DNA of 63,722 nt, the filler included, from Aduncisulcus paluster (Eukaryota): the NCBI GenBank assembly GCA_024181965.1. It is 7 parts of 7 records of this genome, joined end to end, with 100 filler letters (N's around TTAATTAATTAA, not from the genome) between each part and the next. Parts side by side here need not be neighbours in the genome. Positions count along the whole stretch, not along the records: positions 1 to 20,016 come from BQXS01010991.1; positions 20,117 to 28,298 come from BQXS01010992.1; 5 more parts are not named here. One strand, 5' to 3'. Both the position numbers and the translations under genes were made by a program. The notes under the pieces are model-generated. The model saw only the letters and a list, made by a program, of their open reading frames with translations. It ran no database searches and was not told where the DNA came from. Positions 12,252 to 24,800 of this stretch are shown in pieces. Within the stretch, counting starts at the first letter, position 1. Each line of letters starts with the position of its first letter.

Positions 12252-15200
12252 TTATTTCTCGAATATCGTGAATTTGCCGTCTCTTTTTATCATTTCCATA
12301 CGGATTAGATCCTTGAATTGTTCATCGATATGTGATGGAGTGAGACAAACTTCTTTAGGGATTAGAGCAATACTTTCCTTGCATCGAGCAATGAACATGG
12401 AAGTCTGCATTCTCAATTCCTTCTTAATAATCCGCATAATAATACTTCTTGCAGCGAATTTAGGAGCTATTGGTGGTTCCTTCACTTGTTCTTCAACTTC
12501 AACTTCTTCAGACTCCTCAGACTCCTCCTCTTCTTCCCCACCAAGGGATGAAATGGAATCCATAGCAGTCAAATCAATCCTATCAATTAGTGGTGTCGCT
12601 CTAAAAATAGCATCACTGAGAACAATACCATCTCCTATTTTTGGAGTCATAAACCAAGGACGATGAGGAGTCGTTTTGATCAGACTCACACCATTAAACG
12701 TCAATTGTTGTAATAATGATTTAACTTCAGACTCAGAAACACACAACATAGCCCGTAGAGAACTTACTGTGGTGCAGCCAGAGGAGGAAAGTTTAGATAA
12801 GATCAGCCCAATATTTGTGGGACACTTAACAACGATTGAGTGTGGAGAAACAGGACAAGAAGCTGGGGAACGGAGAACACCGTAGATTATACCTGTTGAA
12901 GGAGACAAGTAGGGAACTTTATGCTCCGATTTTGCATCTTTTTGGTATCTTTCTTTCAAAGAATCAGCTATATGACGAACCTCAGGGGAAAATAGTTTAG
13001 AATCCTTTTGTACGGGGACATCTTCATTAAAGAAACCATTGAGAACAAGAGGCAGAATCATAGGTTCTGGAAGGTCAACAATGGGTGGCAATGTTCCCTT
13101 CAGACCATGTTTAGTCGTGTAAGTCGTAATTTCTCTGAATCTAAAGGAACGGGCACATACACAATCGTCAACAATTCTCTTCATTCGTTCGACACATTGA
13201 ATGGACAATATCATGTCGCAGGCTTTTATAAACTGAAGAACATTGTGCACACCAATAGAATATTCACGGGAGAGCTTAGCAGATGCTTGCTGAAGGCTAG
13301 AGAGTGAAGATTTATGCAGACTTTTCTCTTCTTTCGTTCTCTTCTTCCTCCTCATTACTTGAACCCTTGAAGAAAAGGCAGAAGAAGCTGCAGAAGAAGC
13401 TGCGGAAGAAGAAGAAGAAGAAGGCACTGATGGGACAGCAGCAGAAGAAGCAGTAGCAGTAGCAGTAGCAGCAGAAATGATAGTAGCGCGCGAAGAAGAG
13501 GAGGAACGGAAGACAGGTAGTGATGGATTAGGCATCATAGAGAAAGGATACTTCTTCAACAAAGCACAATCCTCGGAGGTTTGGGTCATCCTGATTATGG
13601 ATTTAGCTTGAAGATGAGCATGAATACGTTTTCGAAGAGAAGCATCTTCAGCGAAAATGGAATCAAGATAATCTGTTGAAGAATCATCAAGAGGGTTAGC
13701 ATCATGCTTTAGACCTTTTCTAGAAGGAACCAAATCAATTTCTTTTTCTTTTACAATCTTTTCTTTCTCTCCTTCTTCCTCTTTCTCCAAGAAGCTGCGG
13801 AAGAAGAAGAAGAAGAAGGCACTGATGGGACAGCAGCAGAAGAAGCAGTAGCAGTAGCAGTAGCAGCAGAAATGATAGTAGCGCGCGAAGAAGAGGAGGA
13901 ACGGAAGACAGGTAGTGATGGATTAGGCATCATAGAGAAAGGATACTTCTTCAACAAAGCACAATCCTCGGAGGTTTGGGTCATCCTGATTATGGATTTA
14001 GCTTGAAGATGAGCATGAATACGTTTTCGAAGAGAAGCATCTTCAGCGAAAATGGAATCAAGATAATCTGTTGAAGAATCATCAAGAGGGTTAGCATCAT
14101 GCTTTAGACCTTTTCTAGAAGGAACCAAATCAATTTCTTTTTCTTTTACAATCTTTTCTTTCTCTCCTTCTTCCTCTTTCTCTCCTTCTTCCTCTTTCTC
14201 TTCCTCTTCCTCTTTCTCTTCCTCTTCTTTTGTCTCCTTCAAGGCAATTCCTTCAGAGTCCCATATGGAACGCTTTTCACCCAATCCAGTGAGATAATTA
14301 AGAATTCCTCCACAAATAGCGCTCTCAACCTTGTCAATATCTGGATATCTTGCCGCCAAAGATAGGAATCTAGACATTTCATAAGGAGATTTTATGCAAT
14401 ACCTTCCCACCGCTGTTTTTAAAGAGGAGAGGAAAGAGAAATGGAGTAGCGTATCGCTAATCCAGTCTCGCATACAAGTAATCATCTTTCCGCCTTCTTC
14501 AGAGCCAATACAAGCCGTTACAGCGATTGACAAAGCTTGACCAAGTTGAAGAGCACGATCATTCATTGTAATAAGAGAATCGAAGGATTTGTTGGATTCA
14601 AGGGCCTTTTGGAAACAAGCAGAAATCAAATTATTAGTGGAGTCCTTGATTAACTTCACACCAAACTCAATCATGGCCATTAAAGAGACGATACGACGAG
14701 AATCATATAAATATATGGGAATTAGCTTCTTTTTACCGAAAAATAACAAATTAACACGATCTTGGTAGAGAATTAACAACGAGGCAGAATGGTCGGCGAC
14801 CATTTCTTTGTATAAAATGGAAAACAGAATATTCTGAATATTTGATCTCATTGAAGTGATAGAAAGGATTCTTTTCTCAATTTCAATCAATTCAAATATG
14901 TAATCAAGACGATCAATCGGGTTTTTAGTGACTTCAAGGCATTTTTGAAGTTCCATCTTATGAAACTCGATATAATTGGTTGCGGCCTCTAAATAATGCT
15001 GATGTAAGAGCTCTTGCCCTTCTTTAGGCAAATGGAAGCAAAAACTGGCAAGAGAAGCAAGAGATGACAGGTTGGGCATCTCGGTTGCCCGTTCTTTGGT
15101 AAATTCGGATAAAACGTCGCGAAGTGCTTCACGAATAGAAAAGATCTCTTTAATAAACGCTTCTATGATAGTTTTATACCCACATTTATCAGCCACCCAT

Positions 15201-15547
15201 CGACAAAACATTCCAGACGTTTTTTCTTTGAATGATGAATGAAAGGAATCATCTTTTGTTGAAAATAATGCCTGTAAAAGCTTTAATCCTATTTGAAATT
15301 GTTTCCAATCATGTGAAATGCTCTCCAAATGTGGCAAACGCCCTTCAAAGGAGAGTGTCAAACCTTTACATCCATATTCGAGTAAAACAGAATCTGGAAG
15401 AGTCAAAATTGAGTTACCGTGTGTATAAAGCACATGAAACTGTTCTATTTGACCAATAAATAACTTGGAAATACTTACAAGGATTTCATCGACAGGACGT
15501 GGAGAATAAGGAGAAGTGAAGAGTGTACTACTTATTCTGTTACTCAT
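12252..15547 (-). CDS. Divergent cullin-family protein (split into two ORFs by a 395-bp duplication)
   Basis: The C-terminus AARSIIMRIIKKE...TPSHIDEQFKDLIRMEMIKRD resembles the cullin neddylation winged helix (AAIVRIMK...IKKxIExLIEREY). The helical N-terminal part has the cullin-repeat-like segment QHYLEAATNYI...EIEKRI. Confidence 0.65.
13394..14183. repeat. 395-bp identical tandem duplication breaking the cullin reading frame (probable assembly artefact)
   Basis: 13394-13788 is repeated from 13789. The offset of 395 is not a multiple of 3, and both junctions fall in GAA/CTT low-complexity sequence. Confidence 0.85.
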
Positions 15548-15826
15548 TGGGATATCTCTCGATAATAATTATATAAAAAAATTGAAAATTTGGGTTGTGT
15601 GTTAACAAGACAGACTTAACGTAGCTGGATTTAAGAAAAGTCTATATCTTCTATTCTAAGATATGTTGAGGAAATTAAGGGAATAAATTTTACTTTTATT
15701 TGAATTTTAATTATGAATTTTTATATCTCAATTCAAATATTATTATTTTCCTGTGTCTATCCATGATCGAAGCATTTCTTCCTGTTTTGACGACTAGAGA
15801 GATTTATTTTTTCTAAATTCTCTTTT

Positions 15827-18735
15827 ATGTCCGAAAAGGGTGATATTCTTGAGGTACCATGGAAATTTGCGAGCATTTGTTCCTTTCTGATACCAATCTC
15901 TTCTGAGTGTTCAGTTATTGAACCAATTTCTTCTTTAGAGTTGTTAAATGCACTCACAAATAATGATATCGAAAATGTAATCTTACAGGAATTATTTCAT
16001 GGGTTATTTCAAGCTTTGCGCTTATCCCTTGCTTTTCCAACGTATGGAGACACCGAAAAAAAGATTAAACGTTATATTATTGGATTTGATCACTCCAAGA
16101 AAGATTTAGAATCGTTTAATGTTAAATATGAAACAGAAGAAGAAGAGACTGTCCGACTTCATCATGAACATTCCGGCCAACATCCATGTGGATTTTATTA
16201 TACGTCTGAATCTTCTAAATCTAATCCTACACCCAATGAAATCATTGATATACCTGCAGATAATGATATATCATCTCCAATCCCTCAAACAACTCCTAGG
16301 TGTCCTTGGGATATTATTATTCCATTTTCACACACCGGTGGGTTTGTTAGACCATGGTCCGAGTGTTCCCTTGTGCAAAGGATTGATATTATTGATTTAA
16401 TGTGTCAAAGTGTTTGTGAGACATTAGTTACGGTTGCTGAGAAAGAAGGGAAAGAAAAGGTCGCAGAAGAGCTCGAAAAAGAAATAATTAAGTTAGTTAA
16501 AGAAGAAAAACTGGCTTGGCAACAGAAAGAGAAAGAGAAAGATAAAGAACTCAAACTCAAGACAATTGATGAAAAAATAGATAAATTGGGGTCTAAAAAC
16601 AGTGAAAAACCAAATGATTCTGAACCCAAAATTGTTGATATTGATTGGGTTGAAAGAAAAGACACTCACATTCTGGCTTGGTATGNNNNNNNNNNNNNNN
16701 NNNNNAAAAAGAAATAATTAAGTTAGTTAAAGAAGAAAAACTGGCTTGGCAACAGAAAGAGAAAGAGAAAGATAAAGAACTCAAACTCAAGACAATTGAT
16801 GAAAAAATAGATAAATTGGGGTCTAAAAACAGTGAAAAACCAAATGATTCTGAACCCAAAATTGTTGATATTGATTGGGTTGAAAGAAAAGGAGCTGTCA
16901 TAGGTATAGATAAGGATATATCTGAAGAACATGCTGAGAAACAATCTAAAAATAGGCTCAAACCAACAAAGACAAAGTCAAAGTCAAAGACAAAGTCAAA
17001 AGGAGAAGAAAGTATTGAAGATGTAAGTTTTGACCATTTATCTTCCAAAAATGATACTGCCCAAGTCTCAAAGGAACAAAATGAAGATTCTCCAACAAAA
17101 AAGAGCATTAAATCAAAGAATAAGCCCAAAGATGATGGTGCCGTTGTATCCATTGATGTTCTTCTTCCTTCCTCTTCCTCTTCCATGAAGAAAGGAGAGA
17201 AAGAAAAAGGAGCGAAAGAGAAAGGAGAGTTTGTGTCAATTTATTCAGACAAATGGAAATCACATGAACTATCCATTCGCCAACGTGCGTATCATCAAAG
17301 ATTGAAGAAGATGCTCCGAATCACTCGAATCTGTTCTATCAATGATATTTATAGAACATTCTCAAACAAGAATGATATATATGTGTCTAATGAAGTTATT
17401 GAAAAGCTTTCTCCAATTTCCACCAAGAAAGAGGAAGAAGAAGAACAGCCAGTTCGGGAAAACCCTTCATTGAAGGATAATGAGACCAATATTATTAGAT
17501 CTCAAGGATCTCTCTCTCTCTCTTCCTCTTCCTCTTCCTCTTCTTCTTCCTCTTCTCTTCCTCTTACTTTGACTGATGATGTGGAGAAACCCAAAGATGT
17601 GGAGAAACCCAAAGATATTTCTCTTGATTCCCAAATAATTGAATCCCTAGATAATTGGTATAGAGTCCACCATTTATATTCTGATTCATGTTTCTTTTTG
17701 TTCACTGGTGAATATCCTTCCCGTCCATCTCAAACAAAAACTTATCTCAGTCCTGGTATTAGTGGTATTAAACAATTGAATTATCACATTGATTGTCTTC
17801 AGCAAGAAAAAGATAAATTAGGGGTGCGAATAGAAAAAGAAAAGCAACTTGTAACTCTCAAATGGCAACAAGAAGAAGAGAAAAGGGTGAAAGAAGAAGA
17901 ATTATCTTTAGAGAAGAAAAGAGAAGATTTAAGAAAAGAAATGGACTCTGAATTAGAAAAACTGACATCTGTAGGGAAACGTAAGTCAGCTCGTCAAGCC
18001 GAACTGGCCCTTAAATTGGCAGAAAAAAAGTTATCTGATGGTCTTAACTTACTAGAATTAAAGAAAGCGAAGCATGTTAAAAAATCTCAGAGAAAACTTG
18101 AAAATCGATTGAAAGAAGCTGTTAAACAAATTGTAATGGGACACATTGGCGGTAATTCTAATAACGAAAAGTTAATCGAATCCCTTTCTATCCTTGTTGT
18201 TCATATTAAGAAAGGTATTCATGAAATGGAAGTAAGAATTCGTCAAAGAGAGTTGGCAGACGATGAAGATTCTTCTTCTTATTCTTCCTATTCTTCCTCT
18301 TCTTCCTCTTCTTCAAACTCAGAATATTCCTCAGGTGATGAATCTATTATTGAAGTTGGTGACACTGGTATTAACACTGATCCTATAATTAGACATTTAA
18401 CTTCTTCCAAGAGATCAGGAGGTTCTTCGAGGCACCATAGGAGATCAAGACGTGCTTGTGTAGCTATTACAAAGGATAGATTGAGACGAGGAGAGAACTA
18501 TAATGCCTTATCAAGTAACTCCACCAGTGATAATGATGGTAATTACAGATATGATGTTGATGAAGAGACTTCAGAAGATGAGTATGACGGTGAAGGACAT
18601 GTAAGATATTCAGACCCTGACAGAATCATTGTAGAAAGTAGAGCTTCTAGACTTAAACGTAGACAAGAAGCTAAGGAGAAGAGAAGAAGACGAGAAGAAG
18701 AAGAAGAGGAAGAGGAGGAGGAAGAAGAGGAGGAG

Positions 18736-18769
<34 letters not shown>

Positions 18770-19086
18770 TTTTTCCAAGAGGAAGAGGAGGAAGAGGAGG
18801 AAGAGGAGGAAGAAGAGGAAAGATATCTGTGAGGGCCAAACGTGGTAGATATTCTTTCAGAGAAAGAAAAAAAGTACAAGAAGAAGAGGAAGAAGAGGAG
18901 GAGACGGATGAGGAACAACAATTTGAAGAATTAGGAAAGAGAAGAGCCGGAGATTCGACCTTGGCATCAACCAGACCAAAGAGAAGGTCAGCGAATACTG
19001 TTGTGAATTACTTAGGAAATACAAGTGGATATGGCGATGACCAATCGGATTCTTCGTCCGATGAACCTGATTATGTATATCTTTAA
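15827..19086 (+). CDS. DDT- and WHIM1-like domain protein (putative ISWI accessory subunit) with coiled coil, acidic tracts and an RGG tail
   Basis: The N-terminal WKFASICSFL...ISSLELLNAL...ILQELFHGLFQAL resembles RSF1/CECR2-type DDT. WSECSLVQRIDIIDLMCQ resembles WHIM1. The two ORFs join across the gap overlap 16476-16661 = 16706-16891. Confidence 0.55.
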
Positions 19087-19127
19087 AGTAGATCAATATT
19101 AGTTCCTATTATGAAGACATCTCAGAG

Positions 19128-19162
<35 letters not shown>

Positions 19163-20016
19163 CGGATTCAAATAATTGGGTCAATATTGATCTACCTTTA
19201 CATGAGTAATATATCCAATGGATATGATATCTAGCACAATTGTTGAAATGTTATTAAGAATAGGATACTATTTATAAATGATTTCATTGAGGAATAAAGT
19301 AATATAATAATAACATTCAGAATCTGAAGAATTCAGATGGAACTTGGAAAGACCTCTTCAACAAACCATCATGAAATATAATAATAATAATTCAGCTTCT
19401 CATGACCTTCTATTGAGAGCAAAAATACAACCGCTGCCATTTTCCAGAGAGCTTGAAAATGTAAACTTTAGCATTGAATGCCACTGAAGGAAATGCATCG
19501 ATCCTCCAGAGTTATTTTTGGACCAGCTCATAAAAAGATCATCCACCACCGCATCGAGACACCGAATAACTTGGGCTTCTGCCGGAAGAGATTGGAACGA
19601 GCATCGTTGTCATGAGCAATAAGATCGTTTGAATGTTGTGTTTGCATCGAGTATAAGAATAACAATATTACAATGTATTACGGTATATATATTAATAATA
19701 ACAACAATAAAATATATAAAGCGTCGCGAAAATGGAACATGGTGGCCATTCGAATTCTAATTTGACAAGAAAGTTCGAAAAAGAAATTTGATCAAATATT
19801 TGACTTTCTTTGACCCACAAACAAAGGAGACGAGACATAATTCATCATATATATCAAGAATAAAAACCAAATGAAACTTCCATTTCGGGTTTGATACAAC
19901 AAGAATAACAACATATACAACGTGTTTCCATTTAATAACTCATTAAATGTCTGGAACATGGATAGTAAGCGAATGTGTGGTCGTGGAATGTTCGTACTTT
20001 TTTCTCCTTTTCATTT

Positions 20017-20116
20017 NNNNNNNNNNNNNNNNNNNNNNNNNNNNNNNNNNNNNNNNNNNNTTAATTAATTAANNNNNNNNNNNNNNNNNNNNNNNNNNNN
20101 NNNNNNNNNNNNNNNN
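20017..20116. other. Artificial scaffold linker
   Basis: N44-TTAATTAATTAA-N44, which has stops in all six frames. Confidence 0.98.
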
Positions 20117-21385
20117 AACGCTATCCTCCAGCTCTCTAAGGGTACTTACACCTTCTCTGTTGTTGCCTATGGCAGTGAAGTCCTCTCCACTGAGCAGGCT
20201 CTTCCTGACACTCTCACTCTCACTGTGACTGATTTGACTGGAACTGCTGAAGAGAAGAAGACTAAGCTCACCACTATGATGACCAACGCTGCCGAGTCTG
20301 ATGTCACCAACATTACTTCCGTCATGGATGTTGCTGATGATACTGATGATCTCTCTGAACAAGAAGTTGCCGATGTCGGTGCTTCTGGTATCAAGAATGC
20401 CTCTACTTACGTCGGAACTTCTTCATCTGAAGATATGATTGGCCTCCTCTCCCGTGCTGCTGAACTCTTGTTCGACGCTGATGAAAATGCCCTCTTTGAC
20501 ACTGAGACTGGTGACTTGGCTGTCAGCATTGCCTTTGGTGTTGTTAACAACGCTGAAACCTTCACTGCCGACAGTGCTTCCTCTCTTTTGGAAACTTTTG
20601 ACAAGTTCGCCAGTAGTTATGAAGATGCTGTTTCTATGGGAACCACCACTCTCAAGAAGGCTTTGAATAACCCTGACCTTCCTAGTGACACCCCCATCCA
20701 ACACTCTGGTGCCTACTCCTCCAGCTCCGGTATGACTTTGTCGAGCAGTGGACAGGCTAGTGGTGCTGACATTGATGGAAAGCTCAACTTCAATAACTCT
20801 AATGTCAATTTCAACAATGGAACTGGTGACCTCAAGCTCTTTGGTTCAGTTGCTAATAAGGTTGCCTCTACTTCATCTGTTTCCCTCAAGTCCACCGCTG
20901 CCTCCACTGTTTTGATGTCTGGTCCAGCCTCTATTACCGTTGAAGGTATCGAGGAAACTGGAGTGGAATTTGCCCAGATCACTCTCGATGTTGACGCTTC
21001 TGTTGTTTCCTCTAACGGAGACACCCAGACTTCTTACTCTTGCGTTATGCTCTCTCAGAATGTCACTGATTTGGGTGTTTATGTCACTGATGGTGTCACC
21101 ACCGAAAGCTATAATGAGTCCACTGGTAAGGCTATCTGTTCCGCCTCTGTAAGTGGTACTTTCTACTTTGCTCAGATCACTACTTCCACTCAGGATGCTC
21201 AAACTGACCGTCCCGAACCCGCTCTCTTCGACACTAAGCTTCTTTACTTCATCTTTGGAGGTATCGCTGTCGTCGTTGGACTTATGTTCGTTGGTTGTTG
21301 CTGTGCCAAGAGACGTGAAAAGAAGGATACTGTCCCCATTAACCAGCCTGCTCCTCAAATGATTCCAGTTCCTATTAATATGTAA
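20117..21385 (+). CDS. Single-pass type I membrane protein, REJ/GAIN(GPS)-like C-terminal portion, 5'-partial
   Basis: The frame is open from the scaffold start (NAILQLSKGTYTFSVVAY...). A helical region is followed by a beta-rich region ending in the GPS-like YSC...VTDGV...AICSASVSGTFYFA. Then a TM helix (LLYFIFGGIAVVVGLMFVG), CCCAKRR and a short tail. Codons are strongly biased to C/T endings. Confidence 0.6.
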   Translation, partial: NAILQLSKGTYTFSVVAYGSEVLSTEQALPDTLTLTVTDLTGTAEEKKTKLTTMMTNAAESDVTNITSVMDVADDTDDLSEQEVADVGASGIKNASTYVGTSSSEDMIGLLSRAAELLFDADENALFDTETGDLAVSIAFGVVNNAETFTADSASSLLETFDKFASSYEDAVSMGTTTLKKALNNPDLPSDTPIQHSGAYSSSSGMTLSSSGQASGADIDGKLNFNNSNVNFNNGTGDLKLFGSVANKVASTSSVSLKSTAASTVLMSGPASITVEGIEETGVEFAQITLDVDASVVSSNGDTQTSYSCVMLSQNVTDLGVYVTDGVTTESYNESTGKAICSASVSGTFYFAQITTSTQDAQTDRPEPALFDTKLLYFIFGGIAVVVGLMFVGCCCAKRREKKDTVPINQPAPQMIPVPINM

Positions 21386-21802
21386 CTGCTAAATAGCAAA
21401 CCATTAGACCCCCCCGCTTTTTTTGCGTAATTTATCCTCTTATTCTCTATACTGTACATGTTGTCAATAAAAATGCGAAATTATATATGTTATTATTTTA
21501 TCTCTATGGATTTTTGAACCGTTTACTTAGATATGATTGATATGTCAACCCAGGGCTTAATTCGAAATTATAATCGGATTATATCGAGATAATATTATTC
21601 TCACAATATATACAATCCAAAAATTAAAATAATATTCCAATATATTCACTTCCTACACATTTCGATCCCTGATTCTAATTTCTGTAAAACATGGGTTACA
21701 TCAATACAAATAAATTTTCTACATTTATCGCTCCATTGAACAATCATAACATACTACTAAAATTCGTTATCTCCATTCTACTTAGAAAGTAGACTCCGAA
21801 CT

Positions 21803-24800
21803 ATGATTTTCTGTCGTATTTCAAATTTAATGAAACAATTATTCAATATTTTTTATATTTCAATATTTATTTATGCCTTTTTTGGATTAATATCACACGT
21901 TTTTACAGCTTCATGTTCTGCTGGATATTACTGTAATGAGCCTGCTAGTTCATCAACCTATCATGAAGTTGAATGTGAAAGAGGATCTTACAGAACGTCT
22001 GGCGATTCTATGGATTCATGTATTGAGTGTCAACCCGATGAAAAATGTATTAAAACGAATAATCCTGTATCTTGTGGTGCTGGATACTATGTATCATGGG
22101 ATAAGCTATCTTGTAAATCGTGTGAAAGTGGTTTTGTATGCCCGGATGGATCTTATGAAAAACGGGAGAAATGTATCGTTGGAACATATCCTAACACAGG
22201 AACCCAGACTTGTGATCCTTGTCCTCCCGGAACCTATGGTACCATTGATTCAAGCTCTGGCGCTGAGTGTATTTCTTGTCCCGATGGGACCTATGCCCCC
22301 AATGCTCATACTATAGGACAATGTCTCACTGTTCCAGAAGGATATCTATATAATGACGAATCCTCGGTGACAGCTTGTGACCTTGGATCATATACATTAG
22401 CAGGATCAAAAAGTGGTTCGCCTGCATCATGTACAGATGCTCCTGCCGGAACAAAGCTCACTACCAATAGATATACTGATATTACTCCCTGTGCATATGG
22501 AACCTATAATGATTCAACGGGATCAACAATGTGCTACCAATGTCCAGCCGGCAAAAAATGTCATGACCCAGCGGCCACTCCTTCGTCCTGTTCAATAGGT
22601 GAATACTCTCTCCTTGGAGATGCTGTGTGTCACCCATGCCCAGCTGGTTTCTACTGTACGGACCCATCCCTTGCTCCAGTTCCATGTGGTGTTGGTAAAT
22701 ATGGGTATAAATTATTCGCTGAAGATATCTCCGATTGTAAAGATTGCCCTACTGGAATGTTTTGTCCACCTGGGACTTTCTTGCTCGAAAACAACGCACA
22801 GCAAGGTAATCTTCACCTTGTCGAGCCTGGGTCATATATTTCTTCTGGCGCTTCAGTGCGTGTGATGTGTCCAGAAAACTTTTATTTTAAAGGCACAGAC
22901 GCTTCTCAATCTTCCGACTGTGTTGCCTGTCCCGATGGTTTTTTCTGTCTTGGTGGTATTTCTGAACCAGTTCTTTGTCCCCCTGGGTTCTACTGTGACT
23001 GTGGAGGCAGTTCTGATGCTTCTTGTACTGTTTCTGGGGAAGTTGGACGCAAACGATGCACCCAGCCTTCTGGAAGTGACTATTCTTTCATGGATAATCC
23101 TACATTTACGTATCCCCACTCAGGATTGACTTCTGAAGCCGGGTGTTTATTACAACCCGATGGTAATGTTGGAACTGATGCCACGATCTCTTTCAGGAAA
23201 TGTGACAGACGTTCTTATTACGATCCGACAACAAACTCCTGTGTATGGTGTCCTGCAGGGTTCCTGTGCCCCAGATACGGTGGTCTATGGACAGATCAAC
23301 CATGTCTCCCAGGTCAATACTGTGACGCTGGACATGTCGACAATTCTACCCTTCTCCATAGTTGTGGAGCAGGGAAAATACTCAATTCATTCTACGGAGA
23401 GACCAGTGCGGACTGTATTGACTGTCCTGCCGGTTACTACTGTCCCAATTCAGGAACATCTTCGATGCCCCAGTATCTTAGCACAATCGTTCCATGCCCT
23501 CCTGGATATTTCTGTCCAAGTGGGAGTTCAAGCACTCAAGATTGTCCCGTGGGAACGTATAATCAATATTACAATGCCTCAAGCGAAGATGATTGCACTG
23601 CTTGTGCTGTTGGGTATATGTGTCCTCAGAATAGTGTGAGCCCCTATGGTTGGACTCTGGTTGAGATAGAGTCTTCGATCGGAACTATCCTTGAACCCAA
23701 GTACTGTACAGCTGGGTACTATTGTCCGGCTGGGTCATACGATGATCCTGCAGGGAAAGAAAGTTGTACCTATGGAACATATGGAGCCCTTGAGGGAGCA
23801 GGGAGTAGCCTGGACTGTGAACAGTGTCCCATTGGTCATAAATGTAATACCCTCAATATGACTGATCCTATTGAGTGTCTCCAAGGAACCTATCAAGATT
23901 CCCTCGGTGAACAGTCATGTTTGGAGTGTCCTGCTGGATCCTACTGCCCAGATGATGGCATGTCCGAGCATTACCTCTGTCCTGCTGGTGAGTATAGCAG
24001 TGCAGGAGCCACTTCATGTTCCACTTGCGACAAGGGTCATTATTGTCCATTAGATGGGACCACTTCAACAGAACATACAGCAAACAAGTGTCCAGCTGGA
24101 TATCTCTGTGTAGACGGATCCGCTGGTCTTGATACTTTCCCGACATTGAAGGATCATGCCTGTCCAACAGGGAATTTCTGTGTAGAAGCAACCACTGCTC
24201 CCGAAGAGTGTCCAGCCGGAAAATACCGTCCATTTGTCGGTGCCGGTTCCAGTGACGATTGTTACGACTGCCCCGCCGGATATTACTGTGAAGCTGGGAG
24301 TTCTGAGACGACTGGAGAGTGTGATATTGGCTACTACTGTGTTGCAGGTTCTTCAGTCTCCAATCCCGCTGCCGGTATCTGTGGTAAAGGTACATACAAT
24401 CCCAATACTGGGGCACCTAGTTCTAGCTATTGTTATCCCTGCCCTGCAGGAACTACATGCCAGAGCTACGGCATGAGTGTTCCTGATTCATGTCCTGTTG
24501 GTCATTATTGTGTTGTTCGGACGACTGATGATGGGTCTCTGTGTCCGGCCGGTACTTACGATCGAGCCCAGCTTGGTGGCATGGGTAGTGTTGGTGACTG
24601 CGAGTCTTGTCCACCGGGAGAGTATTGTTCTGGGGCATCTGGAACACACCATGCCGATTGCGGAGAAGGATATTATTGTTCTGGAGGATCGAAAGAATAT
24701 CAACCGTCTACAGTGCAGGTATACGGAGGACCTTGTCCACAAGGGTATTATTGTCCTGGAGGATCGGCTACCCCCATTCCCTGCCCGGTTGGTAAATATG

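Noticed and set aside
19134-19162. (TAT)n tract downstream of the DDT gene and the many (GAA)n/(TCT)n tracts
   Set aside because: Ordinary microsatellites, pervasive in this genome.
19400-19650. GC-richer patch in an AT-rich spacer, a possible gene remnant on the minus strand
   Set aside because: Only short open stretches with no recognisable motif, which is not enough to call a gene or pseudogene.
20061-20072. Recurrent palindrome TTAATTAATTAA (six times), producing ORFs that end in ...LIN
   Set aside because: Always centred in an identical 100-nt N block. It is an artificial six-frame-stop linker, not biology.
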